A stretch of DNA of 64,000 nt from the NCBI GenBank assembly GCA_965603825.1, contig CBFDEM010000001.1, positions 124,001 to 188,000 of the forward strand, given 5' to 3'. Positions 13,560-26,538 of the stretch are shown here, piece by piece. Origin of the DNA: Blepharisma stoltei ATCC 30299. Its lineage: Eukaryota; Protista; Ciliophora. A model generated the notes under the pieces. The model ran no database searches and was not told the origin of the DNA. It saw only the letters and a program-made list of their open reading frames with translations. Position numbers and translations under genes: made by a program. The number at the start of each line of letters is the position of its first letter. The stretch's first letter is position 1.

Positions 13560-14390
13560 TAATATTTTAAGAGAAATATCTAGAAAATTAATTTAATTAA
13601 TTAATAAGTTTAATTAATAGTTTATGAAACCTACTGAATTAAATATTATATATTTTATGATAAATATGTTGCGATTTCTATACCATCTTAAACCCTGGAT
13701 TTTTTTATCTATAATACACAAAGCGAATGATAAATATGATCGAGATTGAACTTTATTTTAATAAATATCTCAAAACTTTAATTTTAAGAGCTTTAAATTA
13801 AACTTCACAAATAAATGGCTGCATAGTGACTTGCTCTCTATCGAATCTAAAAGGCTTTGCTGATATTTAAGCAAAATTGAGATTAATTAGAGTTTTCGAG
13901 TATAGTAGGCTATTTACTGCTCCAGCCAAGACTTCAAAATTTTTAATTTTTGATATTTTATCTGAAAATCCAATTGTTATTATTTGAAAATTTTTAGAAT
14001 AGCTTATTACTGGGGTCAGGTTTCATTTTTGATCACCTTATATTATTTTATATTTGTCCAATTAATAGAGCTAGTGTGTTAAAATGAATTCTCAAGATAA
14101 CTTAGCAAGGGTTTGACGAGCATTTAATAGCCCAGGCTATATTATTATTTTATGCATCAATTATATAAATTATTGTTTTATTATTGATTTAGAATATTTT
14201 TATAGCTATTTTGGCATAAGGCTGAACGAAAAATAATTGATATCATGGGCTATTATGACTATAAATTATAATAAAGTGTATATACTAAAGGTATTTATCC
14301 AATATATTCATTAGAACTTTCCCGCTTATAATCTTTTCGGTGGGTGCAAGGCTTAAATAAATTAATAAATTAAATAACGTGAAACTTTAT

Positions 14391-17300
14391 TTATTTCTGT
14401 TCTTTATTTTTTACATCAATATCTAATTTATCAATTTTTTGAGATTTTAGGTTTCTCTTTCTCGTCATTTCAAGAAAAAGCGATTTTTCCATCGCATTAT
14501 GACCCAGTGAAAACCTAAAAAATAAGCTGATATCAAGAGTCTTTTCCCTATACAATAAACTGGGATAAAATTTATTTTGAACTAAAACTCCAAGAATTAT
14601 GATTACAGTTCAGCCAAGGTACTCAAGAAAGATTCAAAACAGTGTAAAATGATTCCCAGATACCAGAAAAACTGAGGATACTATCAAGCTTCATAAAACA
14701 GCAAAATGGGACACAGAGAGTCAAAGATTGAATCTATGATAATTATATGGTTTTCTTTTTATACAAAATATAGTAAAACTTGAGAAAAAAATGATATAAA
14801 TAAGCCCGAATAAAGCTGAATTTTCTGGCTTTAGGGTTTTGTTTAGAACTATTATGCCAATTTGTCAAAGGCTTTTAAGCATCATATATCAAGGTCTTGC
14901 TCGGACATTTATAGTGCTACTTTGGCTGTCCCAATAAGGTCGAAAATAAACAGCCATTGGGATATATATTAATAGCGCAGCTATTGAAAGAGATGCTCAT
15001 AGTATATGCAGGCCTTTTCAGCAAAAAACTGAACAGTCATTCCTTACAAAAGATTCGTTTAGATCTTGCCCTATCCCTTGAACACATTGAACTACTCCTA
15101 AAAGAATAGAAATTATAGGTAAAAAGCATGTATTACCGATAATTGGCAGTACTAAATTAGAGAAATTTTTGCAATAATCACAGAAAAATTTATCAAACCT
15201 CTGAAAATTAATCAAAGCATGAACACTCAGGAAAATCCACACAAAAAGCACAATCAATATCACCTTTACACAAATTCAAAACCTTGTCCCCCTAGTTATT
15301 CATGAATAATTAATCGTCGCATAGTCAGCGAGTACGCTTGAAACGTCATCATACCCTTTAATGTCAGGGCCCATACCAATAAACTGCAAAAAATCAATAA
15401 CAATTATTCCCATACTTATATAGTCTTCAAAAAAAATCAGGCTTCTTTGGGTCATGTCTGGGATTTTTATATTCCAATATAACTTTCATATATAAAAAGT
15501 CACTATTACTGAAATTATCAAAACACCGAAAGATATGGCATAGAGAACTCCAGCTCCTATATCGGAGTATTGGACTTTATCTAAATCAAAAGGACACTCA
15601 GGATAATCCACGGTATCCCCAGGAGCAATCGTAGAGTTATCGTAGTAAATAATAGGGTCTCATAGTGTAAATAATTGAGACTTTTCTAGGTCATATCTAC
15701 CAACTCAAGACTCATAGAAAATACTTGAGCTTGAATTTCAACGAATATTATAGACTCCAACTATACTTGTGCTTCTATCATTTGTGTCAGATTCTATTGA
15801 AACAGTCCCTGAGCAGCCTAAAAATCTTTGATGTCGTAAATTATAATTAAGAACTGTCGAATTTTCAACATTTCCACCTTGATCAATAGTAAATCTAATT
15901 CCATGCAAGAGAAGCATAGCGGAATCGAACGAAAAGCATCGGTAGTCTGCGGGGCTTGAATATACTTTTAAATAGCCTTGCTTTATTTGCTCTCCATAGT
16001 CTCCAACTCAATCAGCTTGAGTTATAATTATAGATCCATATAATAGTTCTTTTAGTTTTTTTCTCTCAGCTTCATCAGATTCTAATGGATAAGAGTATGC
16101 AACTTTTTCATATAAAATAAAGATTCCCTTACCTCTTCTTAATCCAGCATCATACATATTTTCTATAAAATAAAACTCATTTGCCATCAAAATAATATAA
16201 ATTCTTACATTACTTTTTATATAGTTCTCCATCCATTGCTTGTAGGTCGGATAATCAGACCGCAAATAATTAGGCTTTATTGTTCTCTCATTAGGACTAT
16301 TGACAATATTTATATGTGCTTCTGTAGTTTTTGCTAAGATCTGATTATAAGCGAATACAGGACCTGTGCTGTTTTCATATACAACAATTATATTTTTTCA
16401 GTCAGAAATCATACAAAAATTTACTATTATAGTTGCTATATATCGGCTGTCCTTTGAAATTCTAATAAATTCAGGAAAATTGGCTTTACTTGTAAGTGTT
16501 CCTGCAATCACTAAATCAGAAATGTGAGGAATCGTTATATTTAAAGCTCGAAAAGAAAGGATATTCCCAACAGCGACTGTGGCAAAAATATTGGTGAGAA
16601 ATCCTACACCTAGCCTATCTTTTATATTTTTAAAGCAGTTTAAGCTAAAAGATGCATTGTAGATATTTGCCCCACAGTCTGTATGAGTGACTGAGATGTC
16701 GAATCCGTCCAAAAAATGTGTGGTTTTTATATACATCAAGGCATATAAAGCGCCATTTTTGATATACTTGCCTGTTAATGGACTGTTTGGAAATCCAGGG
16801 TTTGTTATTCCATCTGCCATAGAGATTTTTATTTCTGTTGAAGGATTGTTAGGGATTAAAGCTGACTCATCAGGCCAAATAATACTGTGAGTTATATTTA
16901 TTTTTCCATCAATTATGCTGCCCACATTGGTTTGTTTATCTTTTTGTATGTTAATTAATGTGAAATTGGAAAATGAGGCTGTCGAAAGATAATTTAAATC
17001 TCCGGATTTATCGTTGTAGCTTAATATTTTACTCAAAATTTTAACAATTGCAAAGGCTTCTTTCTCATATTCATTGTCTGCATTTTCTAATCCAGATTCT
17101 ATATATGAAAATAATCCATTTTTTCAAATATTTCTTAAATTCTGGTTTAATAAAACAACACCTTTTAAAAGATTTTTCTGTTTTAAACTTTTAATAAGCT
17201 TTTCTGCGCTCTCATCTTGATTTATTATAACGAAATTTTGGATTCCTGTGGATTTTAGGTATTTCCCGATAAATAAATTGGATAGTTCTTGAGTCCCATT

Positions 17301-17780
17301 TTTTGGAAAATAAAAGACTTTAAATGTCCTGTTATAAGAAATAGATGAAATTTCATCAATGAGTTGGGTATGATCTTCATCAGAAATTATAATGAATTTT
17401 TGCCAGTCTAAATAAGAAGCCAAGATTTCAAATGCTTTGGCATGCTCCTTCATGGAATAATGCCAAGGCACGATATTTTTGATTTTTTTTAATGGCTCTT
17501 GTGCTGATAGGACGATCGGTCCACTTTCAGCAGAATTGGCTCATATTAGACTTTCCCCTGCAAGATTTATAATAATATCAGGCGTGGATTCATAATCTGA
17601 CAAATCTGTTGATATTTGTTTTATCATTAGAGTAACTTCTTGGTCTGAGAAATTTTTATTCAAGGCAGCTATTAAGGTCGATACCAAATTGCCATCAGTT
17701 GAATAATTGAATAAGATATAAACCAGAAGTTGACATTTGGTAAGGTAAAGAAGCCCAAGAAAAAAATAAATTTTTTGCAT
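14391..17780 (-). CDS. Receptor array copy D, ~1129 aa, frame intact
   Basis: ORFs 17541-17786, 17124-17471, 16398-17036, 16008-16265 and 15018-15263 share a frame joined by TGA. First ATG at 17780; TAA at 14391-14393. Confidence 0.85.
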
Positions 17781-18167
17781 TATCAACCTGAGTATTAATA
17801 TTTTAAGAAACTATCTAGGAAATTAATTTAATTAATTAATAAGTTTAATTAACAGCTTGTGAAACCTAAAGTAAATATTATAATTTTATAAGAAATTTAT
17901 TGGAATTTCTACACCATCTTAAATCCTGGCTTTTCTTAGCTAAATTTAATTTCAAGCTTGATAATTTAATATTTATTTGCTTATATTGAGTAAATTTTTA
18001 TTTATTTTATTTATATTTATTAATATTGTTTATGGATAGGTCGAAAAATTATGAAAATAAACAAATTACTGGAGAAGCTTTGCTATATTTATTGGGAATA
18101 CTGTGAAATTATGATTTTCAGATAAAAATAAACTAAATTTATGAGGATTTATTATCAAAAGCATATA

Positions 18168-21100
18168 TTAAATTTTGACTGTCGTTTGAGAAATAGAAAA
18201 TTGAGATCTGCTATTTCTTTCTCTATTCAATTGATTTATTTGGATTGCTTTTATTGATTTGCCTAATGAAAACCTAAAAAAAAGAGCAATGTCTGGAGGG
18301 TCCTCTGAATAAAGGAGAGAGGGGCAATAATAATTCTGAATTAACATTGCAATAATCAATAAGAAAAATCATCCTCCATATTGAAGGGAAGCTCATTTCT
18401 CCAAAAATCCATCATCAGAAAGCTTATATATTGAGGATATCCCTATGTTTCAAATAACAGCTATATATGAAACCATTAGTCAAAGATTGCATCTACTGTA
18501 GTTATATTGCTTCCGCTTCAATTTTGTAAAAATGATAAAGCAAATTATCAATAGAATATATATGAGTCCATATAGTGATGGATAATGGACTAGCAGGATA
18601 TTGTTTAGCGCGATCACAATTGTTTGAAGTACTCGCTTTTCGAGTAAAAAAGTAGGTCAAACTTGTATATTTGAATGCACATTTATAGCGTCACAATATA
18701 ATTTTAAATTCATTGCAACAGGTAAATAAAGAATTAGCGTAATGATTGCAAGGACTACTAATGTTATATGATAGCCTTTTCAACAAAATATTTCACAATC
18801 TTGCCTCATAAAGCTATCTGTAATCTCATTTCCTATGCTTTGGTCACATTGAAATACTCCTAATAGCGTAAAAAGTATAGGCATGTAGCATATATTTCCA
18901 ACAAAAGGAATTAGTCATTCAGGCAGTTTCTCATAAATATCGCAAAAAGATATTTTGAATCTTCCCCAACAATTTCATAGATTTCTGGTGCTAAAAAATA
19001 TGACAATAAAAGACAATGCAAAACTGATGTAAAAATATATTAAATACATGTCCTTAGAAGATTCTCAGTCAAATCGAAACATAGAGATTTTAACTAGTTG
19101 AGTTAAATATTTGTCGTAGGCGCTGAAATCTGGGCCTAAGAAGAGAAATTGGAGGAAATCTATAAAAATTATGAGATAGGCGAGGTAGTCTCCAAATATA
19201 GCTTCTCTTGAAGACACTAGTGGCTTTATCATTATATGATACCAATATTGTTTTATTATAAAAAGAGCAATAAAAACGCTAATCAGCACGCATGAGTCCA
19301 CAATATAAAGAAAACTTGCCCCATTCATCGAAAATTCAACACTTTTTGGGTCAAAATCACAAGAATAAGCAATTAAATCGCTTGGAATATTTGAAGAGTT
19401 GTCATATCAGATAATATTATCAGTAAAAGTAAATAACTGTTGGCTGCTTAGATCATAAGTCCCTATTTGATAATTATATAAACTATTTTCACTTCACCTG
19501 ATATTATAAATCCCAATAACTGCTGTACTTCTATCATTTGAATCCTTGTCAATTGATACAGTTCCTGAGCATCCTATAAACCTCTGCATCCTTAAGTTAG
19601 CGTTCAGAGTTGCGAAATCTTCAACATTTCCTCCTTGGTCGATTGTATATTTAATTCCATTCAATAAAAGCATAGCCGTGTCAAACGAAAAGCAACGATA
19701 AGCAGTGTTGCTTACAGAAAATGCTTTTTCATAGCCTTGCTTTATTTTTCCCCCATACTCCCCAACTCATTCTGCTTGATCCATTGTGATTGTTCCATAA
19801 TATAGCTCTTCCAATTTCTTCATTTGTGCAGGATCAGGCTCATAGGCAAAAGCACTAGTCGATCTGCTATACACAAATAAAATTATATCTCCCCTTCTGA
19901 AACCTGCATTATATAAATCTTCAACAAAATAAAGCTGTGCTGGAGGGATCATTAAAAGAAGAAAAATCCTTACTTTTGACTCCAAAAACTCTTCCATTCA
20001 CGGCTTATATGTAGAGTAATCGCTATGGTTATAATTTTGCTTAACTTCTCTTTTATCTGGAGCATTTACAATTTCAAAGCCTGTTTGGTTTATGCTTGAT
20101 AAAAGAAACTGATAAGAAACAATTTGTGAAGGTGTTTGGTCATATACAATAATAAATTTTTTTCATTGAAAAATCGCGAAAAGGTTCAAAAAGCCAGCAA
20201 AGTTATAACGGTTGTCTTTGGTCATCCTCATAAATTCAGGATAAGTGGTTTTATTCATCAAAATTGGGGAAGTTGCGATTTCGGAAATTTGTGGAATTGA
20301 AATATTTAGAGCTCGCAACGAATTTATGTTCCCAATTACTGTAGGCAGGTAAGGTGTAGTTAGAAGTCCAACGCCAAGGCTGTTTTTTAGCTTAGTAAAA
20401 CAGCTAAGAGAAAATTTTGGATAATAAACTTCAGCGCCACAGTCTGTATGGGTAACCAAAATTTCAAAGCCGTCAATAAAATTATTATTTTTTGCATACA
20501 TTAATGCATATATTGCTCCTCCTTTAATCTTATCTGAGTATGAGCTATTACTATATCCTGGATTTGTGACACCATCTGATATAGAAATTGTTATATTTGT
20601 ATAAGGAGAATTTGGGATTACAGATGAATTTCCAATAAAAACTAGGGCTTCGGAAATAACTATCTGTTGATCATAAATATACCCCACTTTTGTTTTTTCA
20701 CTATATTTGACATTTAAAACTGTGAAATTTGATATTGGCCTATGATTTATCGTATTTTTTTCTAAATAACTTCTAATATCATGAATATCTGAGCATTGTC
20801 TGCAATTAAGTACAATATTTATTATTTTTTCAACTCCTAGCGCATCATAGCTATAAGAATCTGTTGCATTTTCTAGTCCCAATTCAACTATCCCAAATAG
20901 CCCAGTTTCAGTTGCATTATATCAGCTTTTAGTCCCTAGTATTATCCCAGTTCCCAAACTAAATAGATTTGCATTTTTTATACTTTTTACAAGAAAATTA
21001 GCATCTTCGCGTTTATTTAAAATCACAATATTTTTTATTCCTGTAGGCTTGATTTCTTTTTTAATCACAATTTCAGCTAATTTTTGATCTCCGTTACTAG

Positions 21101-21575
21101 GGAAAAAAAAGTTTTTAATATTTGCACTTGGAAGAGCTTTATTAAATTTTGTTCAATCAGAGTCAGCGAGAACAACTATTTTTTCTCAATTTAGATAAGA
21201 GATGAGAGCTGAAAGGGCATTAGTTTGGGCCTCTTCTGGAGGATGAATGAAAAACTCTCAGCTGCTAAATGAGGGAGAGTCTTGAAGAGAAATCATGATT
21301 ATTTTATTTTGGGAGGCATATTGCTTTATCAGATTAGATAAAGATATAGTAAAAGTCAAGTCAATCGCCATATGAAATATTTCTTCTGAGGTAAGCCATA
21401 TAGGATTTAGGCTTAAATTAATAAGTTTTGTTTCAACTTGATTGATGTAATTTTGTTGTAGTAAATCGGAAATTGTTGAAACCAGTGTGGAATCAGTATC
21501 GGAGCTATAGAAGATTTTTATTTTTATCTGGCAATAGGCAAAGCTTGCAAAAATAAAATATCAAATATAATTCAT
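18168..21575 (-). CDS. Receptor array copy E, ~1135 aa, frame intact
   Basis: ATG at 21575 (MNYIWYFIFASFAYCQ signal peptide, fifth codon TGA). ORFs 20163-20882, 19767-19997, 19065-19328 and 18168-18359 are in the same frame. Confidence 0.85.
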
Positions 21576-22202
21576 CTTAGCAATTTATTAATGAAATGGC
21601 TTCGAAAATTAAAAAAGTACCAAAATTATTAAAGCGAGATATTTCGTAAGCAAAAAATTTTTAGCATGCTTGCATTGAAATAATTTTCTTTATTTCTTTA
21701 TTAAACTATATATTGATATTAGTATCAGGTGTATTTTAGGACAAATCTATTCTTTATGAAAATAGCAAATAGTATTTATTTATTAATATTAATTCTTAAA
21801 TAACTTTATTCTTAAGCAAATATAAAGTTAAAATTTAATGCTATTAAAATACTTTTTTTAAGATAACAAATTTTTTATTCAGTTTTGTTATTATAATAAA
21901 TAAGTTCGCTTTTTTAAAATTTAGCAGGAGGCATGCATCTGTAAATTTAATTCAAACATAGATTTCGAAACAATACATAAGCCTTTTTTGGAAAAAATGC
22001 AAAATATTACAAGAATTCTCATCAATTGCGCCTTATCCAAAAAATTTGCACCATCATAATTTTTTTATTTTATTAAATTGTGAATTAATACTCCTTCATG
22101 CTATTTTAAAAAAATAATTGTAAATATATCTTAATATCATTATTCTTATCTAAAATATAAACTTACACTTTATATTTTAAACATTTATTTATTAATAAAA
22201 TT

Positions 22203-25200
22203 TTAATTAAAACTCGAATTTTCAACTTGCTGACTGGACTGATATATTTTTTCATTTTCTTTGCTTATTTCGCTCGCCAAGAACAAATATTTTTTTTCAG
22301 ATTTTTCTTTATTCATACGGTTTATATGATCAGCAGATATCCTTTTACTCAAAGAAAATTTGAAAAACATCGCAATATCTGGAGGATCTTCACTAAAAAG
22401 CAGAGTTGGGCAATATTTAAGCTGGAAAATTCTTCCAATTACTATTATGCTTATTCAACCTCCATATTGGAGTCCTTTTCAAAACGCAGAATAATGATAG
22501 TCTACTTGCTTAGATATTGAAGAAATTGCAATTGTTCACAGTAGCGCTAAATAAGAAATAAATGACAGCAGATTACACTGATGGTAATTATATGGCTGCT
22601 TCTTTAATCAGAGCAACAGAAATAAAATAATTATTATAATGCAAATAAGCCCATATAAAGATGGGCTACGGATCATCAAGGTGTTATTCAGTACAATAAT
22701 AATCATTTGAAAAATAGTTTTTGATACAATAAATAATGGTCTTGCTTTAATATTTGCAGAATTGTTCGAGATTTCGATACTAGGCCTGCAGTAAAGCACA
22801 GTGGGGAGATAACATATAAGCGCAACTGAGGAAAGGATAATATAATTTATGTGTGAACCTTTCCAGCAGAATAATGCGCAATCATTTTTCAGAAAACTTT
22901 GAGTAAGATCTGATCCAATACTTTCTGAGCAATTAAATTCATTAATAAGAATTGAAGTTATAGGCAAAAAACACAAATTCCCTATATGTGGCAATAATAA
23001 TTCTGATATTTTTTTATAGTAAAGAAAGCAACATTTTTTAAGTTTCCTATCAAATCGGCATACCATCTGTAGCAGCAAAAATAGTCATAAAAATGCTAAT
23101 ACGACCATGAAATAAAAATAAACCGTAAATGATGTCCAATTTACCTTGAACATAGAAATTTTAGAAATTGATGTAAAAATTGAGTCATAGTCAGAAAAAT
23201 CAGGAGCAAAAGAAAGATGCTGAAGAAAATCAGTGATGACCATTGCAAACGCAATATAGTCTCCTGAGTCTATCAGCTTGCGCTCCTTTAGGTTCTCTAT
23301 TTCAACACCTTTAAATTTTTTTCATGCATAAGAAATTGTGATAACCGTCACAAATAAGCACAGACAATCGACAGAATATAGAATGGAGGCACTTTTGATA
23401 GAAAATTCTTTATATTTCGGATCAAATGGGCATCCATTTGGGTATATAATCAAATCAGAAGGGATATTAGTAGTATTATCATACCATTGAATTTTTTCAG
23501 AAAATGTGAATAGCTGCTCCCCTCCAATGTCATAAATCCCCACTTGATTTTCATCTATCATTTGTTCAGCTTTATTCCACCTCATATCATAAATCCCTAT
23601 AACACTGACGCTTCTATCATTTGAAGCTCCATCAATAGATACTAGTCCTGAACAGCCCGTAAATTTTTGGCTTCTCAAGTTTTTTATTAGCACCCTTGGG
23701 TTTTCCACAAGTTGGCCTTGTTGAATTGTGTACTTTAGTCCGTTGAACAATAGCATAGCTGCGTCAAATGATAAGCACTTGAAATTAGGCGAAGAATGAT
23801 AAATATTTAAAAAGTTTTCTTTGACTTCTGCACCAAAACTGCCAAGCCACTCAACTTGGTCAACTGTAAGTCCTCCATAAAAAAGTTCATTCAATTTCCG
23901 AAGCTGATTAGGGTCTTTTTCATTCAGTAACTGATACGCAGCTCTTTGAGGAGCCAAAAAAATGACGTCGCCTCTTCTCAAGCCTAAATCATACAAATCT
24001 TCAATAAAATAAAAGCAAGAAGGAGGAGTCAGATTCAAATAAAAAATCCTTACTTTTTGGTTTATTATGTTTTTCATTACTTGTTTATACTCAGAAAAGT
24101 CTGAGTGCCGGTAGTTCGCTTTTATTATTCTTTCACTCTCAGGGTTTACTATATTTATGTTATACTTTTTTGCTTTTTCCAGCACATACTCATATGCCAT
24201 AATTGCTCCGGACTGGTTTTCATATAAAAATATCAAATTTGACCATTGAAAAATGGCAAAAAACTTAAGCAAGACTTCAATGTTATATCTCAATTCTTTT
24301 ATAGTCCTCATAAACTCGGGATAAACTGTAGAGTTGCTTAAGTAAATGGACTGGGAATACTCAGAAATGTGAGGAATTGTGACATTTAGGCTTCTTAGGA
24401 TCATTATACTTCCTACACACGTTAAAGGAAATGGAGAAGTTAAATAGCCAACGCCAAGCTTGGTACGTAGGGCTTTAAAGCAAGCTATAGCATATGTTGA
24501 GTTAAAAACATCAGCCCCACAATCAGTATGAGTCACTGACATTTCAAAACCCTCAAAAAAATTGTGCTCTTTTATATAAGTAAGTGCATAAGCAGCGCCT
24601 TCTTTTGTTTTATAAGTGCTGTTAGAGTAGCCTGGATTCGTGAGACCATCTGCTATTGATATAGGAATATATGTAAAAGGAGAATTTGGGACTGTTGTTG
24701 TATTTCCAGGAAAAATAGGGGCGGAGGTGATATTTAAAGAGCCATTTGAGAGGTTTCCAATAATTATTCTTCGGTAATTCTGGATGTTTATTATCGAAAA
24801 ATTTGGGACTGGGCAATGCTTAACTGTATTTTTTTCTAAAAAATTATGTAAAGCAAATTGGTCAAAACTTGAAGAAAATCCTAAAATAAGGCTAATAAAT
24901 TTTGCGTATGCTATAAATTCATAGGAAGAATAATCAATTGACTTCTCTAATCCTGATTCTATAAACCCTATAATTCCATCAGCTGTCATATTAGAGCTAA
25001 AACTGCTGCTTCCTAAAAATATCCCAGATCCTGCATTAAAAATATATTTTGTTCTTAAACTGATTATAATTTTTTTTGTGTTTTCCCCTTGAGTAAGTAA
25101 AACAATGTTCCTAATTCCGATAGGCTTAATTAATTTTCCTATAAACAAATCTGCTGAACTCTGACTTCCACCACTAAGAAATGAATAAAAGCTAACAAGT

Positions 25201-25667
25201 TTGTCAGAAAATTCATTTTTCAGAATTTGGAGAATTGCTTCTTCTGTATAGTCATAAACTATAAGAAATTTATCCCAATTTAGGTAAGAAATTATTTTTC
25301 TGACAGCTGTTACATGATCTTCAATAGGAAAATGGGTAAAAAAACGCCGATTGTGAAAGCCTTGCTCTGTGTTTTTAGAAGATAATATAATTGAGTTTGT
25401 TTGTGTAGCAAATTCTTCAAGATATCTTGCTAATGAGACGCTTGAAGTCAAGTCAATTATAAGTTTCAAGTTTCTTTTTAGAGCTAAAATATCAAATTTC
25501 GTGCTTATTTTAGTAGTTTTTAGCTCGATTTGGCTATTAAAGGTATTTTTTAAAGCTACTGCTAATGATTGGGCTGATTTGATGTCGACGGCTGAGCTAT
25601 AAACGATTTCGACATATAACTGGCAAGAAATAAAGTGAAGAAGAACGACAATGATAAAATTCACCAT
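22203..25667 (-). CDS. Receptor array copy F, ~1154 aa, frame intact; best reference copy for the ectodomain
   Basis: The 781-aa ORF 23322-25667 covers both VFT modules and TM1. It continues through TGA into ORF 22608-23078 and on to TAA at 22203-22205. Confidence 0.9.
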
Positions 25668-26538
25668 TTATAAGCAAAATCATATCGCACAATAGAAAAT
25701 ATAATTTTTAAAACGTAAGTAATTTTGTTTAATTAAAAATTATTATTTTGCTATTTCATAATGAAACTTTAAAAATAAAATTATGATAGTTTTTATTGAG
25801 GATCATAACTTATAACTGGAGTGTGGCTTTGTATACAGAATCTGTGAATTCAATTAAGTTTGTGAATGAAGATATAAATTGAGCATCATGAAAACGTTAT
25901 TAGATATAAAGAGAATTTATAAAAAATAAAAGGAAGAAATATTTAGTTTACGTGAATGAGGCATGAAGGATGAGCAAAATAATATTCGAAATCAGTATTT
26001 AGAAAAACTGGAAAGACACTCAGAATAAAGTCTTACACAATATCTCAATTTTTTGTATTTCTCTAGGTTATTTATTTAAAAGTAAATTGATCGGTAAATA
26101 AAAACTTGGCAATGGGTTACTATAAGCATGATATTTAGTCATTATGTTTTTGTTGAAGCTAAAGAAAAGAGATTAGCCTGCCTCACTCAAAATATAGATC
26201 CTGCATCATAATACTGCTAAGAGAATCTCTAATAATTATTGCTATATGATTTTTTATCGATTACTTTGCCAACAATTTCAACGCTTATTTCAAGATCATC
26301 AGACTAAATTAGTGTAAATAATAAATTTTGAAATTAAAAAATCATTTTCAAGGAAAACTTGAAGGTAGCTACCTATTTCTTCAAAACTCCATCAATGTAA
26401 ATTGCAAGAATACTCACATATTTTCATTCAAAATCCCTATTTAGATTCATAAAGATGAGTTTAGCATCATATTTATAAACATCAAATTAAAAAATGTAAA
26501 ATTTTTATATTAAACTATTGATTTTGTACACGAAATAG

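Noticed and set aside
22203-25667. Labelling the receptors as GABA-B/mGluR or iGluR/GLR orthologs
   Set aside because: Only the VFT is shared. No nine-cysteine domain, 7tm_3 signature, PBP-II ligand domain or SYTANL-type pore motif is visible, so no gene symbol was assigned.
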